DNA from: Candidatus Scalindua sp.
GTDB taxonomy: Bacteria > Planctomycetota > Brocadiia > Brocadiales > Scalinduaceae
Assembly (NCBI GenBank): GCA_031316235.1
Contig: JALDRA010000001.1
Span: 4,080,001 to 4,112,000 of the forward strand
Direction of reading: 5' to 3'
Length of the DNA stretch: 32,000 bases
The position numbers and the translations under genes were made by a program. Position 1 is the stretch's first letter, and each line of letters begins with the position of its first letter. The notes under the pieces were generated by a model that was not told the DNA's origin, did not search any database, and was given only the letters and a program-made list of their open reading frames with translations. Positions 9,548 to 19,510 of this stretch are shown here, piece by piece.

Positions 9548-9659
9548 TATACTCATCTCATACTGGATTTCGGATAAAATCCGAGATAAAATTGAGCGAG
9601 TATACCTTCACCAAGATTTGGTTTCCGGTAAAACCGAAAACCAAATCGGTTTTAGTATA
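9548..9659 (+). repeat. Structured MITE/BIME-like intergenic repeat, copy 1 (112-bp short form lacking middle hairpin B)
   Basis: tatactcatctcatactggatttcggataaaatccgagataaaattgagcgagtataccttcaccaagatttggtttccggtaaaaccgaaaaccaaatcggttttagtata. Ends are TATACT...AGTATA. Hairpin 1 is tcggat-aaa-atccga. Hairpin 2 is a 15-bp stem with one mismatch (9615-9647). Confidence 0.9.
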
Positions 9660-10122
9660 TCGAGTACCTTGAACAGAAACCCTGCGGGTGACTCTTACGC
9701 CACGATTCTCAAGACCTGATCAAACTGCCTGTGAGTGCACAGGAAAACACTATTTTCTCCATTCACAATTCCGCTTCTCCCTGAAAATTTCACTTGAATT
9801 CCCTATGCTCATCTGATATAAGACAAACGAAGGCTCTGCAGTGTTCGTGTAGGAGTTGATATCTTTGTAACCTAGAAGTGTTATCCGGGAACTTATATTT
9901 GTCTTCTCTCGTCTTTACGTACAGTAAAGAGAGGCTGACAATCGGTGCCCCCCTTGAAAAAGGGTCACAAGATAGCTCTTCTCACGGCACAAGGTGGAGC
10001 CTTTTTCTGTATTGTACCCCCATATTCACCGTACATATACCTTATCCATCCCAATCTGGCCGAATCAGAAACAAACAGGAATTCCCTCTCTTCCAAATTT
10101 CATGGTTTGGCCATACCGGCCT

Positions 10123-10391
10123 TTATTCACCCGACAGAATGTTCGCCTGGCTGGTTATACGTCCTGAATATTTATTGGTTGTTACGTTCCTGTATGTGCC
10201 CAGACTGCTCCCGTTTTTTTTTATATCCTTGACAATGAATTCATCTGCAGCATAGGGCACTCCCATGTACCGGCCCGGTAAAGATGAATATGGGGAGTAT
10301 CTTCTTCATCCATCCATCAAGTACGCCATCAACAAGTTTCCGGGCAGCTTCAACCTCATCCTGTCGAATAAAGAGTGACCCGTCACCAGGC
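10123..10391 (-). pseudogene. zwf: Relic of the 3' end of glucose-6-phosphate dehydrogenase (zwf); N-terminal ~85% missing, at least two frameshifts
   Basis: Immediately after the gnd stop (10392-10394), three minus-strand frames read in succession. Frame a (10387-10310): GDGSLFIRQDEVEAARKLVDGVLDGW. Frame b (10280-10263): YRAGTW. Frame c (10263-10225): GVPYAADEFIVKD. Compare the E. coli Zwf C-terminus GNQMLFVRRDEVEEAWKWVDSITEAW...PYQAGTWGP...RDGRSW (recalled from memory). An A9 homopolymer lies inside the relic. Confidence 0.55.
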
Positions 10392-11810
10392 TCACGTTTC
10401 CCAGTCAGCATGAAAAATTCCAGCTTTGTCAGTGCGTTCAAATGTATGGGCGCCAAAAAAATCCCTTTGTGCCTGGATCAGGTTAGCCGGCAACCGTTCG
10501 CTGCGGTAAGTATCAAAATATGCAAGAGAAGCACCCATTGCCGGCATGGGAACACCCAACTGAGTTGCACACATTATGACAGAGCGCCATGCTCCTTGAC
10601 GGTCGTGTACGCTCTTTCGAAACTCCTCATCTACAAGCAGGTTCGGCAGATCCGGATTCCTATCATAGGCATTGGTAATATCGTTCAGGAATCGAGCCCT
10701 GATAATACACCCTGCCCGCCAGATCTTGGCAATTCTCCCCAGGTCCAGATTATAACGGTACTCATCTGAAGCCCTCTTTAATAAACTCATTCCCTGTGCA
10801 TACGAACATATCTTTGACACATAGAGTGCATCCCGCACTGCATCTATCAACTTTTGTGGAGATTGCTTTCCCAATCCCTCTGTGGGCCCTGACAACAGAT
10901 TTGCAGCATCCATCCGTTCATCCTTTTGTGAGGAGAGTACCCTGGCATCAACTGCAGCCGTTATCGTAGGAATAGCTACCCCGAGATCCAGTGCGTTTAT
11001 GCTCATCCACTTTCCCGTCCCCTTTTGCCCTGCCTTGTCTAAAATACAATCCACAAGAGGTTTTCCCGTCTCCTCATCCACCTTCTTAAAAACGTTTGCG
11101 GTTACTTCAATGAGGAACGAGGAGAGTTCCCCTCTGTTCCACACAGAAAAGATATCATGAAACTCTTGGGCCGTAAGCCCTAAGGCTCTCTTCAGCAGAT
11201 CATAAGCCTCGGCAATAAGCTGCATATCACCATATTCAATACCATTATGGATCATCTTTACAAAGTGTCCTGATCCGCCAGGTCCTATGTATGCGACACA
11301 CGCTTCTCCATCCTCTTCAGCCTTGGCAGCTACCGCATTCATTATTGCTTCCACCTCCTTGTAGGCATGAAGAGATCCACCGGGCATTAAACTCGGCCCC
11401 CACAATGCACCCTCTTCTCCTCCGGAGACACCCATGCCAAAGAAATTCAAGCCCTCGCCTTCAAGTTCCCTTGCACGTCGTTCCGTATCCAGAAAATAGG
11501 AGTTCCCACCGTCTATGATTAAGTCTCCTTTTTCCAATAAAGGCTTAAGCTTCTTAATGTTTTCGTCGACAGGTGGACCGGCCTTCACGAGCAACATAAT
11601 TTTGCGAGGCCTTTCCAATGAACCGACAAATTCTTCCAGTGAAAACGCTGGCGTAATGTTCTTGCCGGCAGCAACACCTTGTACATACTCTTTCGTTGCT
11701 TGAGCAGTTCTGTTGAATACGGAAACTCCAAAACCGTTTCGTTCAACATTCAGCACAAAATTCTGGCCCATAACGCCCAGACCAATCAGACCAAAAACCT
11801 GTTTCTTCAT
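10392..11810 (-). CDS. gnd: 6-phosphogluconate dehydrogenase, decarboxylating
   Basis: 472 aa, ATG start. Rossmann motif GLIGLGVMGQNFVLN. IIDGGNS. 6PGD signature region GSGHFVKMIHNGIEYGDMQLIAEAY. C-terminus GAHTFERTDKAGIFHADW. Confidence 0.95.
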   Translation of the reverse strand: MKKQVFGLIGLGVMGQNFVLNVERNGFGVSVFNRTAQATKEYVQGVAAGKNITPAFSLEEFVGSLERPRKIMLLVKAGPPVDENIKKLKPLLEKGDLIIDGGNSYFLDTERRARELEGEGLNFFGMGVSGGEEGALWGPSLMPGGSLHAYKEVEAIMNAVAAKAEEDGEACVAYIGPGGSGHFVKMIHNGIEYGDMQLIAEAYDLLKRALGLTAQEFHDIFSVWNRGELSSFLIEVTANVFKKVDEETGKPLVDCILDKAGQKGTGKWMSINALDLGVAIPTITAAVDARVLSSQKDERMDAANLLSGPTEGLGKQSPQKLIDAVRDALYVSKICSYAQGMSLLKRASDEYRYNLDLGRIAKIWRAGCIIRARFLNDITNAYDRNPDLPNLLVDEEFRKSVHDRQGAWRSVIMCATQLGVPMPAMGASLAYFDTYRSERLPANLIQAQRDFFGAHTFERTDKAGIFHADWET

Positions 11811-12145
11811 GGAAAATTCCTTTCAAGATTTTTTAAATGCTCTCTGCAATTGATACACAAATATTCAAGTAGTGCAAAAGTATGCAACTGTCGCCCAAGA
11901 GTGTGAAAGATACACAATCGGCAGAGAGTGCCAAGGGGTTAATCAAAATTTGGGAAAGGCTATCCGAGATATAAGAGAGGTCTTGGAGAAGAATTTATCC
12001 CACTGATATATTTATGGAAAAGGAGGTAAAGATGATTTCTGGCTCGTTCACAACCGGTAAGACTCTTTTGACCCCCTCATATAGCTCCTCACTCCCTCGT
12101 GTAACAAATTCACAACTGGTGAGTTATCGCACTCCCCAATCTATA

Positions 12146-12257
12146 TATACTCATCTCATACTGGATTTCGGATACAATCCGAGATAAAATTGAGCGAGTA
12201 GACCTTCACCAAGATTTGGTTTCCGGTAAAACCGAAAACCAAACCGGTTTTAGTATA
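12146..12257 (+). repeat. Structured MITE/BIME-like repeat, copy 2 (112-bp short form)
   Basis: Differs from copy 1 at only a few positions (about 3: gatacaatcc, gagtagacc, ccaaaccgg). Lies 5 nt beyond the pgl stop codon, between pgl and gnd. Confidence 0.9.
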
Positions 12258-12262
12258 TCTGT

Positions 12263-13003
12263 TCATACTCCTTCATCAAGAAGAGAGGCAGCCTCTGTAT
12301 CAAGCATCCAGGAGATTGAACCATATTGTGGGATAACGAGGGTGGCGGGAAGTTTCTTGTCCGGTTTTTTATGATTCCCCATTATCCTCTTCACCATCTC
12401 CGATTTAGCGTCTCCGGAAACGAGAAACATGATCTCTCGAGCTGCATTAAGTACCGGCAACGTCAAGGTCACCCGCCAGGTACTCAATTTCGGGACAAAA
12501 ACAGCCGCAACCAGTCGTCCATACTCTTCTATCACCTCTGTACCGGGAAAGAGGGATGCGGTATGGCCATCATCCCCCAAACCGAGTAACACAAAATCAA
12601 AACGGGGCAATTCCTCATTGAAGTGTCTGTATAGCAGTTTTTCATATTCATTAGCCGCCTGTCTTGGCTCAGCTTCTCCCCGAATCCTATGAACGTTTTT
12701 CTCAGGTATGTCAACAATGTCAATGAGCGCTTGCCTCACCATCCGGTAGTTACTCTCCGGATCATCGGGTGGGACCGTCCGCTCATCTCCCCAGAAAAGA
12801 GAGACATCGGTCCAACATACTCGATTTCTGTATGGTTCTGTAGCTAAAAGGGCATAGACATCGCGTGGCGTACTCCCCCCAGCCAATGCAATAGTGCAGC
12901 CCCCCCTCTTTCGAATAGCCTCTCCAATGCAATCAACAATCATCTCAGCTGTGGCAATAACCAGCTCTCTCTTATCTGGAAAAATGCGGATATTCCTGTT
13001 CAT
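12263..13003 (-). CDS. pgl: 6-phosphogluconolactonase
   Basis: 246 aa, ATG start. LAGGSTP, FWGDERTVPPDDPESNY and LLGLGDDGHTASLFP blocks. Its start overlaps the tkt stop as ATGA (13000-13003). Confidence 0.9.
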   Translation of the reverse strand: MNRNIRIFPDKRELVIATAEMIVDCIGEAIRKRGGCTIALAGGSTPRDVYALLATEPYRNRVCWTDVSLFWGDERTVPPDDPESNYRMVRQALIDIVDIPEKNVHRIRGEAEPRQAANEYEKLLYRHFNEELPRFDFVLLGLGDDGHTASLFPGTEVIEEYGRLVAAVFVPKLSTWRVTLTLPVLNAAREIMFLVSGDAKSEMVKRIMGNHKKPDKKLPATLVIPQYGSISWMLDTEAASLLDEGV

Positions 13004-15027
13004 AATTTTTTTATCATCTTTTTTGCCATCTCAACCACTCTCTCAGACGTAAAATCAAATTCCTTTAACAAATCGCTGAGAGGGGCGGAAGCGCCAAAAC
13101 CCTTCATCCCGATAATGCCACAATCGTCACTCCTCATCGTAAATCTATGCCAGCCGTACGTAGACCCGGCCTCAACTACTATTCGCGTCAATACTGAACG
13201 TGGCAAGACCTCTTCCCGGTACTCCCTGTCCTGGCTGAGAAAAAGTGTCGTACACGGCATACTCACCACCCTCGCTTTAACTCCATCACGGGATAAGAGT
13301 TCGTATGCCTTGAGACATATCGGCATTTCAGAACCGGTCCCTATCAAGATAACATCGGGGGTGCCATCACTGTCAACGAGGATGTATGCCCCCTTCAAGG
13401 CGCCATCTGCCGATGCATATTGCGATCGATCAATGGTCGGCAGCGATTGACGACTCAGGACTAAGGCGACAGGCCGGTCTTTGAGCCCCATGATGTACTT
13501 CCACATTACGGACAACTCATTCGCATCAGCCGGTCGTATTACATCCAGATCAGGCATCGCGCGGAGTGATGCGAGATGCTCAACAGGCTGATGAGTTGGC
13601 CCATCCTCACCGACCCCGATACTATCATGGGTAAAGAGATAGACAACGGGTAATTTCATTAATGCAGACAACCGAACAGCAGGTCTCAAGTAATCTGAAA
13701 AGACAAAAAACGTAGCCCCATACGGCCTGAGTTTACTTAAAGACATACCATTTACAACCGCACCCATAGCATGTTCTCGAATTCCAAAATGGAAGTTCCT
13801 CCCACCGAAATTATTCTTTCTGAAACTGGTAGTCTCTTTAATATAGCTTTTTGTAGAGGGCCCCAGATCAGCAGAACCACCCATAAACCACGGTACCCGG
13901 TCTGCTATTGCATTTAAGACCTTATTATTTGATTCCCTGGTGGCGAGACCTTTTGAATCCGTTGTAAAAACAGGAAGACCACTGTCCCAATTATCGGGCA
14001 ATTCACGCTTCTGCATCATATCAAACTCTCTTGCCAGCTCAGGATATGCATCTTTATAGGCAGAAAATTCCCGCATCCACTCCGCTTCCAATTCCTTGCC
14101 TCTGACGATTACCTGCTCCCTATACTCTTTGACCTCGTGAGGAACATAAAATGACCTCTCCGGGTCCCACCCATAATTGCTCTTTGTTGCCTTCACCTCT
14201 TCATCGCCCAGCGGTGCGCCGTGTGCACTGGCAGAATCCTGCTTATTCGGGCTGCCAAAGGCAATGTGGCTATCTACGATAATCAGTGTCGGTCGCCGGT
14301 TCTCCGATATGGCAGCCCCATAGGCCTCTTCCAGTAACCCCAAATCATTCGCATCTTCTACGTGTTGGACGTTCCAGTCATATGCCGTAAAACGGGCGGC
14401 TACATCTTCGCTGAATGCCAATGATGTTTCACCTTCAATTGTGATATTATTATTGTCATAAATCCAAATCAAATTACTCAATCCAAGATGCCCTGCCAGC
14501 GAAGCGGCTTCACCCGAAATTCCCTCCATCATACAGCCATCACTGGCAATGACAAAGACATTATGGTTGATAATCACATGACCAGGGCGGTTAAAATAGT
14601 TTGCCATCCATCTTTCGGCAATAGCCATTCCAACACTCATAGCAACTCCCTGACCCAGGGGACCGGTGGTTGCTTCAATGCCCGGCACTAACCCATACTC
14701 AGGATGCCCGGCACATTTCCCATGGAGCTGCCGGAAATCCTTTATGTCATCCAGACTTACATCGTAACCGGAAATATGCAGTACACTGTAAAGCAGCATA
14801 GATGCATGACCCGCTGAAAGGATAAAGCGGTCCCTGTTCGGCCACTCTGGTCTGTGAGGGATGTGGTGCATATATTTATCCCAGAGGGTAAAAGCAACAG
14901 GTGCAAGACCCATGGGAGCGCCAGGATGTCCTGAATTGGCCCTTTGCACCGCATCCATGGATAGCGTACGCAGGGTATTTATGCACAGCCATTTGCGTTT
15001 CTCAGTCTCATTCATTTTTTTGTCCAA
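13000..15027 (-). CDS. tkt: Transketolase
   Basis: 675 aa. N-terminal TPP signature RTLSMDAVQRANSGHPGAPMG. GDGCMMEG. HDSIGVGEDGPTHQP. The start at 15027 is a TTG with AAGGAG 6 nt upstream. An alternative ATG at 15015 lacks a well-spaced SD. Confidence 0.95.
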   Translation of the reverse strand: MDKKMNETEKRKWLCINTLRTLSMDAVQRANSGHPGAPMGLAPVAFTLWDKYMHHIPHRPEWPNRDRFILSAGHASMLLYSVLHISGYDVSLDDIKDFRQLHGKCAGHPEYGLVPGIEATTGPLGQGVAMSVGMAIAERWMANYFNRPGHVIINHNVFVIASDGCMMEGISGEAASLAGHLGLSNLIWIYDNNNITIEGETSLAFSEDVAARFTAYDWNVQHVEDANDLGLLEEAYGAAISENRRPTLIIVDSHIAFGSPNKQDSASAHGAPLGDEEVKATKSNYGWDPERSFYVPHEVKEYREQVIVRGKELEAEWMREFSAYKDAYPELAREFDMMQKRELPDNWDSGLPVFTTDSKGLATRESNNKVLNAIADRVPWFMGGSADLGPSTKSYIKETTSFRKNNFGGRNFHFGIREHAMGAVVNGMSLSKLRPYGATFFVFSDYLRPAVRLSALMKLPVVYLFTHDSIGVGEDGPTHQPVEHLASLRAMPDLDVIRPADANELSVMWKYIMGLKDRPVALVLSRQSLPTIDRSQYASADGALKGAYILVDSDGTPDVILIGTGSEMPICLKAYELLSRDGVKARVVSMPCTTLFLSQDREYREEVLPRSVLTRIVVEAGSTYGWHRFTMRSDDCGIIGMKGFGASAPLSDLLKEFDFTSERVVEMAKKMIKKL

Positions 15028-15149
15028 TTCACACTCCTTCTTATCTATTCTTTAACACTAAATTGAATTTTTGAAAAGTATTTGATTTTTACGATTGCAG
15101 GCCAACAAAACATAATGATACACCATTAATGAAGAGCGGGATCACCAGT

Positions 15150-16184
15150 TTATGCATATATGTCCCTGGATGCCAATGAGGCCGCCCCCAACAGGGCGGC
15201 ATGATCGTCCAGGATAACATGGAGGGGGGTATTCTCCACCAGATACGATAATCTCCCCTTCCGTAAATAGGCCTCAGCGGTAATACCTTCTGCCAACTTT
15301 TCATATATGTTTGCGGCGATACCGCCGCCAATATAAATACCACCGGTAGCCAGCATTGTAAGCACCATATTACCAGCCTGTGCACCCAATATCGAGGCAA
15401 AAATCTCAAGTGACCGAACGCAAAGTTCATAGTCTCCTCTACATCCGGAACTTGATATTACAAACGAGGGATCTTCTTGATCAAGGCGCTTCCGCAGCTC
15501 AGGAGGCTCTGTTCCATAACCCTTATCTTTGAGAAATTGGTATATATTTACCAACCCTGGACCAGAAAGAACACGTTCATAGCTCACGTGCGGGTAGTGC
15601 GACTGTAGATAAGTAAAGAGCTCAATCTCGATTTGAGAGGTAGGTGCAAAATCCGCATGTCCACCCTCCGAGGCCCATAATGAGTGTTTCCCCGAATGAA
15701 TAGAGAGAAATGCCTGACCAAGACCTGTCCCGGGGGCCAAGACACCAAATACTCTATCTTCTGCGTCTGATGCTGCATTCTTTAAAGGTTGCCCGCAATC
15801 CTCCTGAGAATTGATCCCTTTCCCCGTATGTAACGTACAGAGATCTTGCGGTTTAAGATACGGCACAGCAGCTGCGGTTGCAACAAGATCATTCACAAGT
15901 GTAACTTCAGGTATGCCGAGTGCATTACTAAGCTTATCCTCCCTGAGTGTCCAGGGCAGATTTGTTGCTTGTGCCGCACCATTTATAATAGGTCCGGGAA
16001 CACCAAAGCAGGATTTTGTCACTGATGTCTGATATTTGTCAAGAAAGATTCGTACTACTTCAACGAGGCCGGCATAATCTCTGCTCATAAACTTCTCGGT
16101 ATGTCGACGGATTAACCTTCCACCATCCAACTTATACAGTGCCAGGCGAACTTTCGTACCACCAACATCACCAACAAGAAACAT
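15150..16184 (-). CDS. glk: Glucokinase (Glk family)
   Basis: N-terminal ATP-binding block FLVGDVGGTKVRLALY and a C-terminal GGIYIGGGI block. The ORF-track start at 16223 is a GTG. The ATG at 16184 has GGGGA 7 nt upstream and gives a typical Glk N-terminus. Confidence 0.9.
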   Translation of the reverse strand: MFLVGDVGGTKVRLALYKLDGGRLIRRHTEKFMSRDYAGLVEVVRIFLDKYQTSVTKSCFGVPGPIINGAAQATNLPWTLREDKLSNALGIPEVTLVNDLVATAAAVPYLKPQDLCTLHTGKGINSQEDCGQPLKNAASDAEDRVFGVLAPGTGLGQAFLSIHSGKHSLWASEGGHADFAPTSQIEIELFTYLQSHYPHVSYERVLSGPGLVNIYQFLKDKGYGTEPPELRKRLDQEDPSFVISSSGCRGDYELCVRSLEIFASILGAQAGNMVLTMLATGGIYIGGGIAANIYEKLAEGITAEAYLRKGRLSYLVENTPLHVILDDHAALLGAASLASRDIYA

Positions 16185-16456
16185 TAATTTATCCCCAGTA
16201 GAACCAAAAAACAATGCCCTCACAAGATTTTTCTCTGATTACGTGAAACAGCATAATGAAATTTCTCAAAATTGCAAGCATTTCACTATGAATTTTCCAA
16301 TATCACGAGTAAAGCATATACCATCTGCAAGAAAACTGCAGAGTGACAGACATGTTGATTTATCTAAAATAGTAATCACAGAAAAAGAAACCTGAAAAAA
16401 TCCTTGATTGTTGCACCTTTTCTGTCGCCAAACCGGGGTGTAATTAATGGTTATCC

Positions 16457-17353
16457 TCACGCATTCCTGGCACAACGAAAGCCGATAGTATCATTTTTAT
16501 AATCGGGTTCGTCATAATCCCGGTTTGCACAACGGATATGAATAAGACCGGATCCGTTCCATGAACCACCCCGTAACACTTTACACCCGCTCAACACCTT
16601 GGATCCTTCTGAAGGATCCACATCATAAATGGAAACGCCAACATCCTCCGGTTCTCCAAAATAGGGATTCTCTTCTGCTACGGTGGGTCCCTGTGGATCA
16701 TTGCCGGGGGAATTGCTATAATAATCACTATCGTACCAATCAGCCACCCACTCCCAAACATTTCCTGCCATGTCAAAACACCCATATACACTCCTCCCTT
16801 TTGGGAACTTCGTAACAGACGTCGGTTTTTCAATCCTGGCTTCAGCACAGTTTAACATTTCCTTATCAAATTCATTCCCCCATGGATAAGTCCTGCCATC
16901 GCCACCACGGGCCGCCTTCTCCCATTCTGCCTCGGTAGGCAGTCTCTTTCCAGACCATTTTGCAAATGCTTCTGCTTCGTACCATGAAACATTTACTACG
17001 GGGCAATCAGATTCTCCATCCATAATACTATCCAGACCTTTATTCTCAGCAGGGTTTGATTGTGAAATGTGTTGCCATCCGCCATCTGACCAGTACTCCC
17101 TCGTTATGTAGCCACCAGACACGATAAATTTCTTATATTCAGCATTGGTAACAGGGTATTTATCGATAAAGTATGCACATATCGAAACCTCTCTTTGCGG
17201 AATCTCATTGTCAAACCTGTTCCCATCAACATTCTGATCAAGCTCCAGCAATCTTTCAATATCCTTCCTTGTACTCCCCATCAAGAACGGGCCATCAGGA
17301 ACGAACACCATGTTTTCAGGAATCTCTTGCTTTGCAGTTTTTCTCTTAATCAT
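16457..17353 (-). CDS. Formylglycine-generating-enzyme (SUMF1/FGE-sulfatase) family protein
   Basis: 298 aa, ATG start. FGE-sulfatase blocks: YPVTNAEYKKF, WSGKRLPTEAEWEKAARG, YPWGN, GNVWEWVADWY, LRGGSW, GFRCARN. Confidence 0.85.
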   Translation of the reverse strand: MIKRKTAKQEIPENMVFVPDGPFLMGSTRKDIERLLELDQNVDGNRFDNEIPQREVSICAYFIDKYPVTNAEYKKFIVSGGYITREYWSDGGWQHISQSNPAENKGLDSIMDGESDCPVVNVSWYEAEAFAKWSGKRLPTEAEWEKAARGGDGRTYPWGNEFDKEMLNCAEARIEKPTSVTKFPKGRSVYGCFDMAGNVWEWVADWYDSDYYSNSPGNDPQGPTVAEENPYFGEPEDVGVSIYDVDPSEGSKVLSGCKVLRGGSWNGSGLIHIRCANRDYDEPDYKNDTIGFRCARNA

Positions 17354-17403
17354 CCTGCTAAGATATCATAGAACAGCTTATTGTGAAATAGTTATTTTTG
17401 ATT

Positions 17404-17515
17404 TTTCTAAAAACCAAAGCCTGTTTGCTGGTATCCCCGGACAAAAAACGCCGAGGACTTTACTCGCTCCTTCTTTGCTCGGATTTTATCCGAAATCCAG
17501 TATGAGATGAGTATA
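17404..17515 (-). repeat. Structured MITE/BIME-like repeat, copy 3 (inverted, degenerate; has hairpin B, lacks hairpin 2)
   Basis: The reverse complement reads tatactcatctcatactggatttcggataaaatccgagcaaagaaggagcgagtaaagtcctcggcgttttttgtccggggataccagcaaacaggctttggtttttaga. The left boundary is approximate. Lies in the divergent region between the FGE-family gene and the GT4 gene. Confidence 0.75.
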
Positions 17516-17884
17516 CAAATATGATCCTTGCACTCCCATCCTCTCTGTGATAGAATCTCCTTCGAATTTTCCTCATTTTAAAGTCCTGTGTTCTTTAATA
17601 CTTTCAGAACCTTAACCATTACTATGCTATAACTATTGCAAAATGATTTACGGTTTTCAGGGCATGATTTTGCATGAAATCGGGTTCTGACAACCGTAAA
17701 TCCATTTGCACTGGGTATTGATAGCTGGCTACCTGATACATGAGTTAACAGGCAGATTATGGGTTTGCCTGTTGGAAGCCCTGCTCACCCTCTAAAAATA
17801 ATATCAGTAATCTGTTGATTGGCAGAAAATCTATCCTGAGATATAAGGGAATTTAGTCTTTCTCATTAAAAACAATACGAGTCT

Positions 17885-19042
17885 ATGAAGATACTTCACC
17901 TCTATAGTGATTGGAAATGGACGGGACCGGCAGAACCCGCTCTCAATTTATGTTTGGCATTAAAAAAGTTTGGACATGATGTAACCTTTGCCTGTGGCAA
18001 GGCTATGGACGATTATCCCTTTCCACCCGATTCCGAATCCGTCGAAAAGAGCGCGTATGAACGCGGACTCGTTCCCGTTACAACATTTAATTTAAACAAG
18101 CATTTCAGATTTTTCCATGCAATGAGTGATATCAGAAAAATCAGAGCCTTCATGGACTCTGAAGCATTTGATCTGTTACATGTTCATCGTTGTTATGACC
18201 ATCTGGTTGGCGGAATAGCAGCCAGACGTGCAAAAGGGTTCCTTCCTGTCGTCCGTACTAGCCACGATGGGGTTCCATTGATAAGGGGGCTGAGAAATAC
18301 AATCTGTATCTCAAAGCTTACGGATGCTTTAATTGACGTATCTGAAGAGGCAAGAAAGGCTGATGCACTTAATTTCAGGCTGCCTGATGATAAAGTATTC
18401 AGGATTGATGCTTCAATCGATTGTGACCGATTTAAACCTCAAACCGGTCATAACCGCATGAGAAAAAAGTTGGGGATAAGCGACAAAGATATTGTCGTGG
18501 GTATCATAGCGAGGATTCAAACGCACCGCAGATTTGATGTTCTTTTAGAAGCGCTCAAGATAGCAAGGAGAGAAGAACCCCGGTTACGAATGCTTGTTAT
18601 CGGTAGAGGAACGAAAGAAAAACAGTTATTAACAGACCCTGCCAGGAAGATGGGTCTGTCGGATGCCATAATTCATACTGGTTACAGAACAGGTGATTAT
18701 GTAGACGTTGTATCGTGCATGGACTTTAACGTCTTTCTCGTCCCCGGATCAGATGGATCCTGCCGTGCGGTACGGGAGGTAATGGCAATGAAGAAACCCG
18801 TAATAGCAGCGAACAGAGGCATGCTTCCTGAAATCGTTGATCACAACACTACGGGAGTTGTCATCGAGGACACCCCTGAGAACCTGGCAGCCGCGTTCGT
18901 TACCCTCTCTAAGGATGAACAACTGAGAATGAAACTGGCCGAAGCGTCTTTAAAAAAAGCACAGGAAGTTTTTTCTCTGGAATCGATGGCCAGAAGGGTT
19001 GAAAAGGTTTATGAAAATCTTCTATCTTCCCTTGAGGGCTGA
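17885..19042 (+). CDS. Glycosyltransferase family 4 (GT-B fold, Glycos_transf_1 domain)
   Basis: 385 aa, ATG start. The N-terminal GT4-type domain begins MKILHLYSDWKWTGPAEP. The C-terminal region has E-x7-E-like EVMAMKKPVIAANRGMLPEIV. Confidence 0.85.
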   Translation: MKILHLYSDWKWTGPAEPALNLCLALKKFGHDVTFACGKAMDDYPFPPDSESVEKSAYERGLVPVTTFNLNKHFRFFHAMSDIRKIRAFMDSEAFDLLHVHRCYDHLVGGIAARRAKGFLPVVRTSHDGVPLIRGLRNTICISKLTDALIDVSEEARKADALNFRLPDDKVFRIDASIDCDRFKPQTGHNRMRKKLGISDKDIVVGIIARIQTHRRFDVLLEALKIARREEPRLRMLVIGRGTKEKQLLTDPARKMGLSDAIIHTGYRTGDYVDVVSCMDFNVFLVPGSDGSCRAVREVMAMKKPVIAANRGMLPEIVDHNTTGVVIEDTPENLAAAFVTLSKDEQLRMKLAEASLKKAQEVFSLESMARRVEKVYENLLSSLEG

Positions 19043-19072
19043 TCAAAAACGCCAGGTTTTTTAGCTCCCTCC

Positions 19073-19510
19073 CTAATCCAACGCTAAAGGAATAGTATAT
19101 AACTCTTTTTTTGTGACACCTTTCCAGTAACCGATCAATCCTTCAGGTTCAACTTCCGCTACGTTGGTTATCAGTTGAATTTTTATGTGATCCGGTGTTG
19201 GAGGCAGCCAGAGCATTGCCATATAATCCCCAGCTTTTCCGATATTTCGCGGAGTAGCTACGATGATTTTATCCTTTGAAAACCCATTTGAGACCAGGGT
19301 TTCTATGGATTTCTCTTCCAGGTCAAAGCTCGAATGGAGAAATAGATAGACGTTTTTCTGTGGATCTATATCGGCCATGCTATTTTTTTGTTGTGACGCA
19401 AGCCCAAACAAAGCAATAATTGCAATGATGCACATTCTCCCCCCCGCATTAAAAAAAACTCGTTTCAACATGTTGATTTGCGAACAAACTGATACCCTTT
19501 TATCTTTCAT
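19073..19510 (-). CDS. Hypothetical small exported protein
   Basis: 145-aa ORF with ATG start. The hydrophobic N-terminal segment MCIIAIIALFGLASQQ suggests a signal peptide. No recognisable domain. Convergent with the GT4 gene. Confidence 0.5.
   Translation of the reverse strand: MKDKRVSVCSQINMLKRVFFNAGGRMCIIAIIALFGLASQQKNSMADIDPQKNVYLFLHSSFDLEEKSIETLVSNGFSKDKIIVATPRNIGKAGDYMAMLWLPPTPDHIKIQLITNVAEVEPEGLIGYWKGVTKKELYTIPLALD

Noticed and set aside
9528-9719. Track ORFs 9528-9719, 25500-26015 and 26181-26405 share the peptide ILISYWISDKIRDKIERV, which might suggest a small gene family.
   Set aside because: The shared peptide is simply the translation of the 5' module of the structured DNA repeat. 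The ORFs differ completely outside the repeat. One of them (25500-26015) is otherwise antisense to the glycine-zipper gene; its AAPPAAPRAAPRAA run is the complement of the Gly/Ala codons.
9878-10255. Plus-strand ORFs 9878-10255 and 9945-10232 in the spacer downstream of gnd
   Set aside because: Two mutually overlapping frames with low-complexity, Ser/Pro/Leu-rich products and no start context. Part of the region is better explained as the antisense of the zwf relic.
15089-15430. 113-aa ORF overlapping the 3' end of glk on the same strand, and the many 60-150-aa ORFs antisense to gspE, tkt, gnd and the M16 peptidase
   Set aside because: They lie inside long CDSs with clear family motifs. They have no SD or domain features and are the usual shadow ORFs.
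19045-19062. aaaaac-gccag-gttttt between the convergent GT4 and hypothetical genes, as a bidirectional terminator
   Set aside because: The stem is only 6 bp and is made almost entirely of A-T pairs, so it is too weak to annotate.
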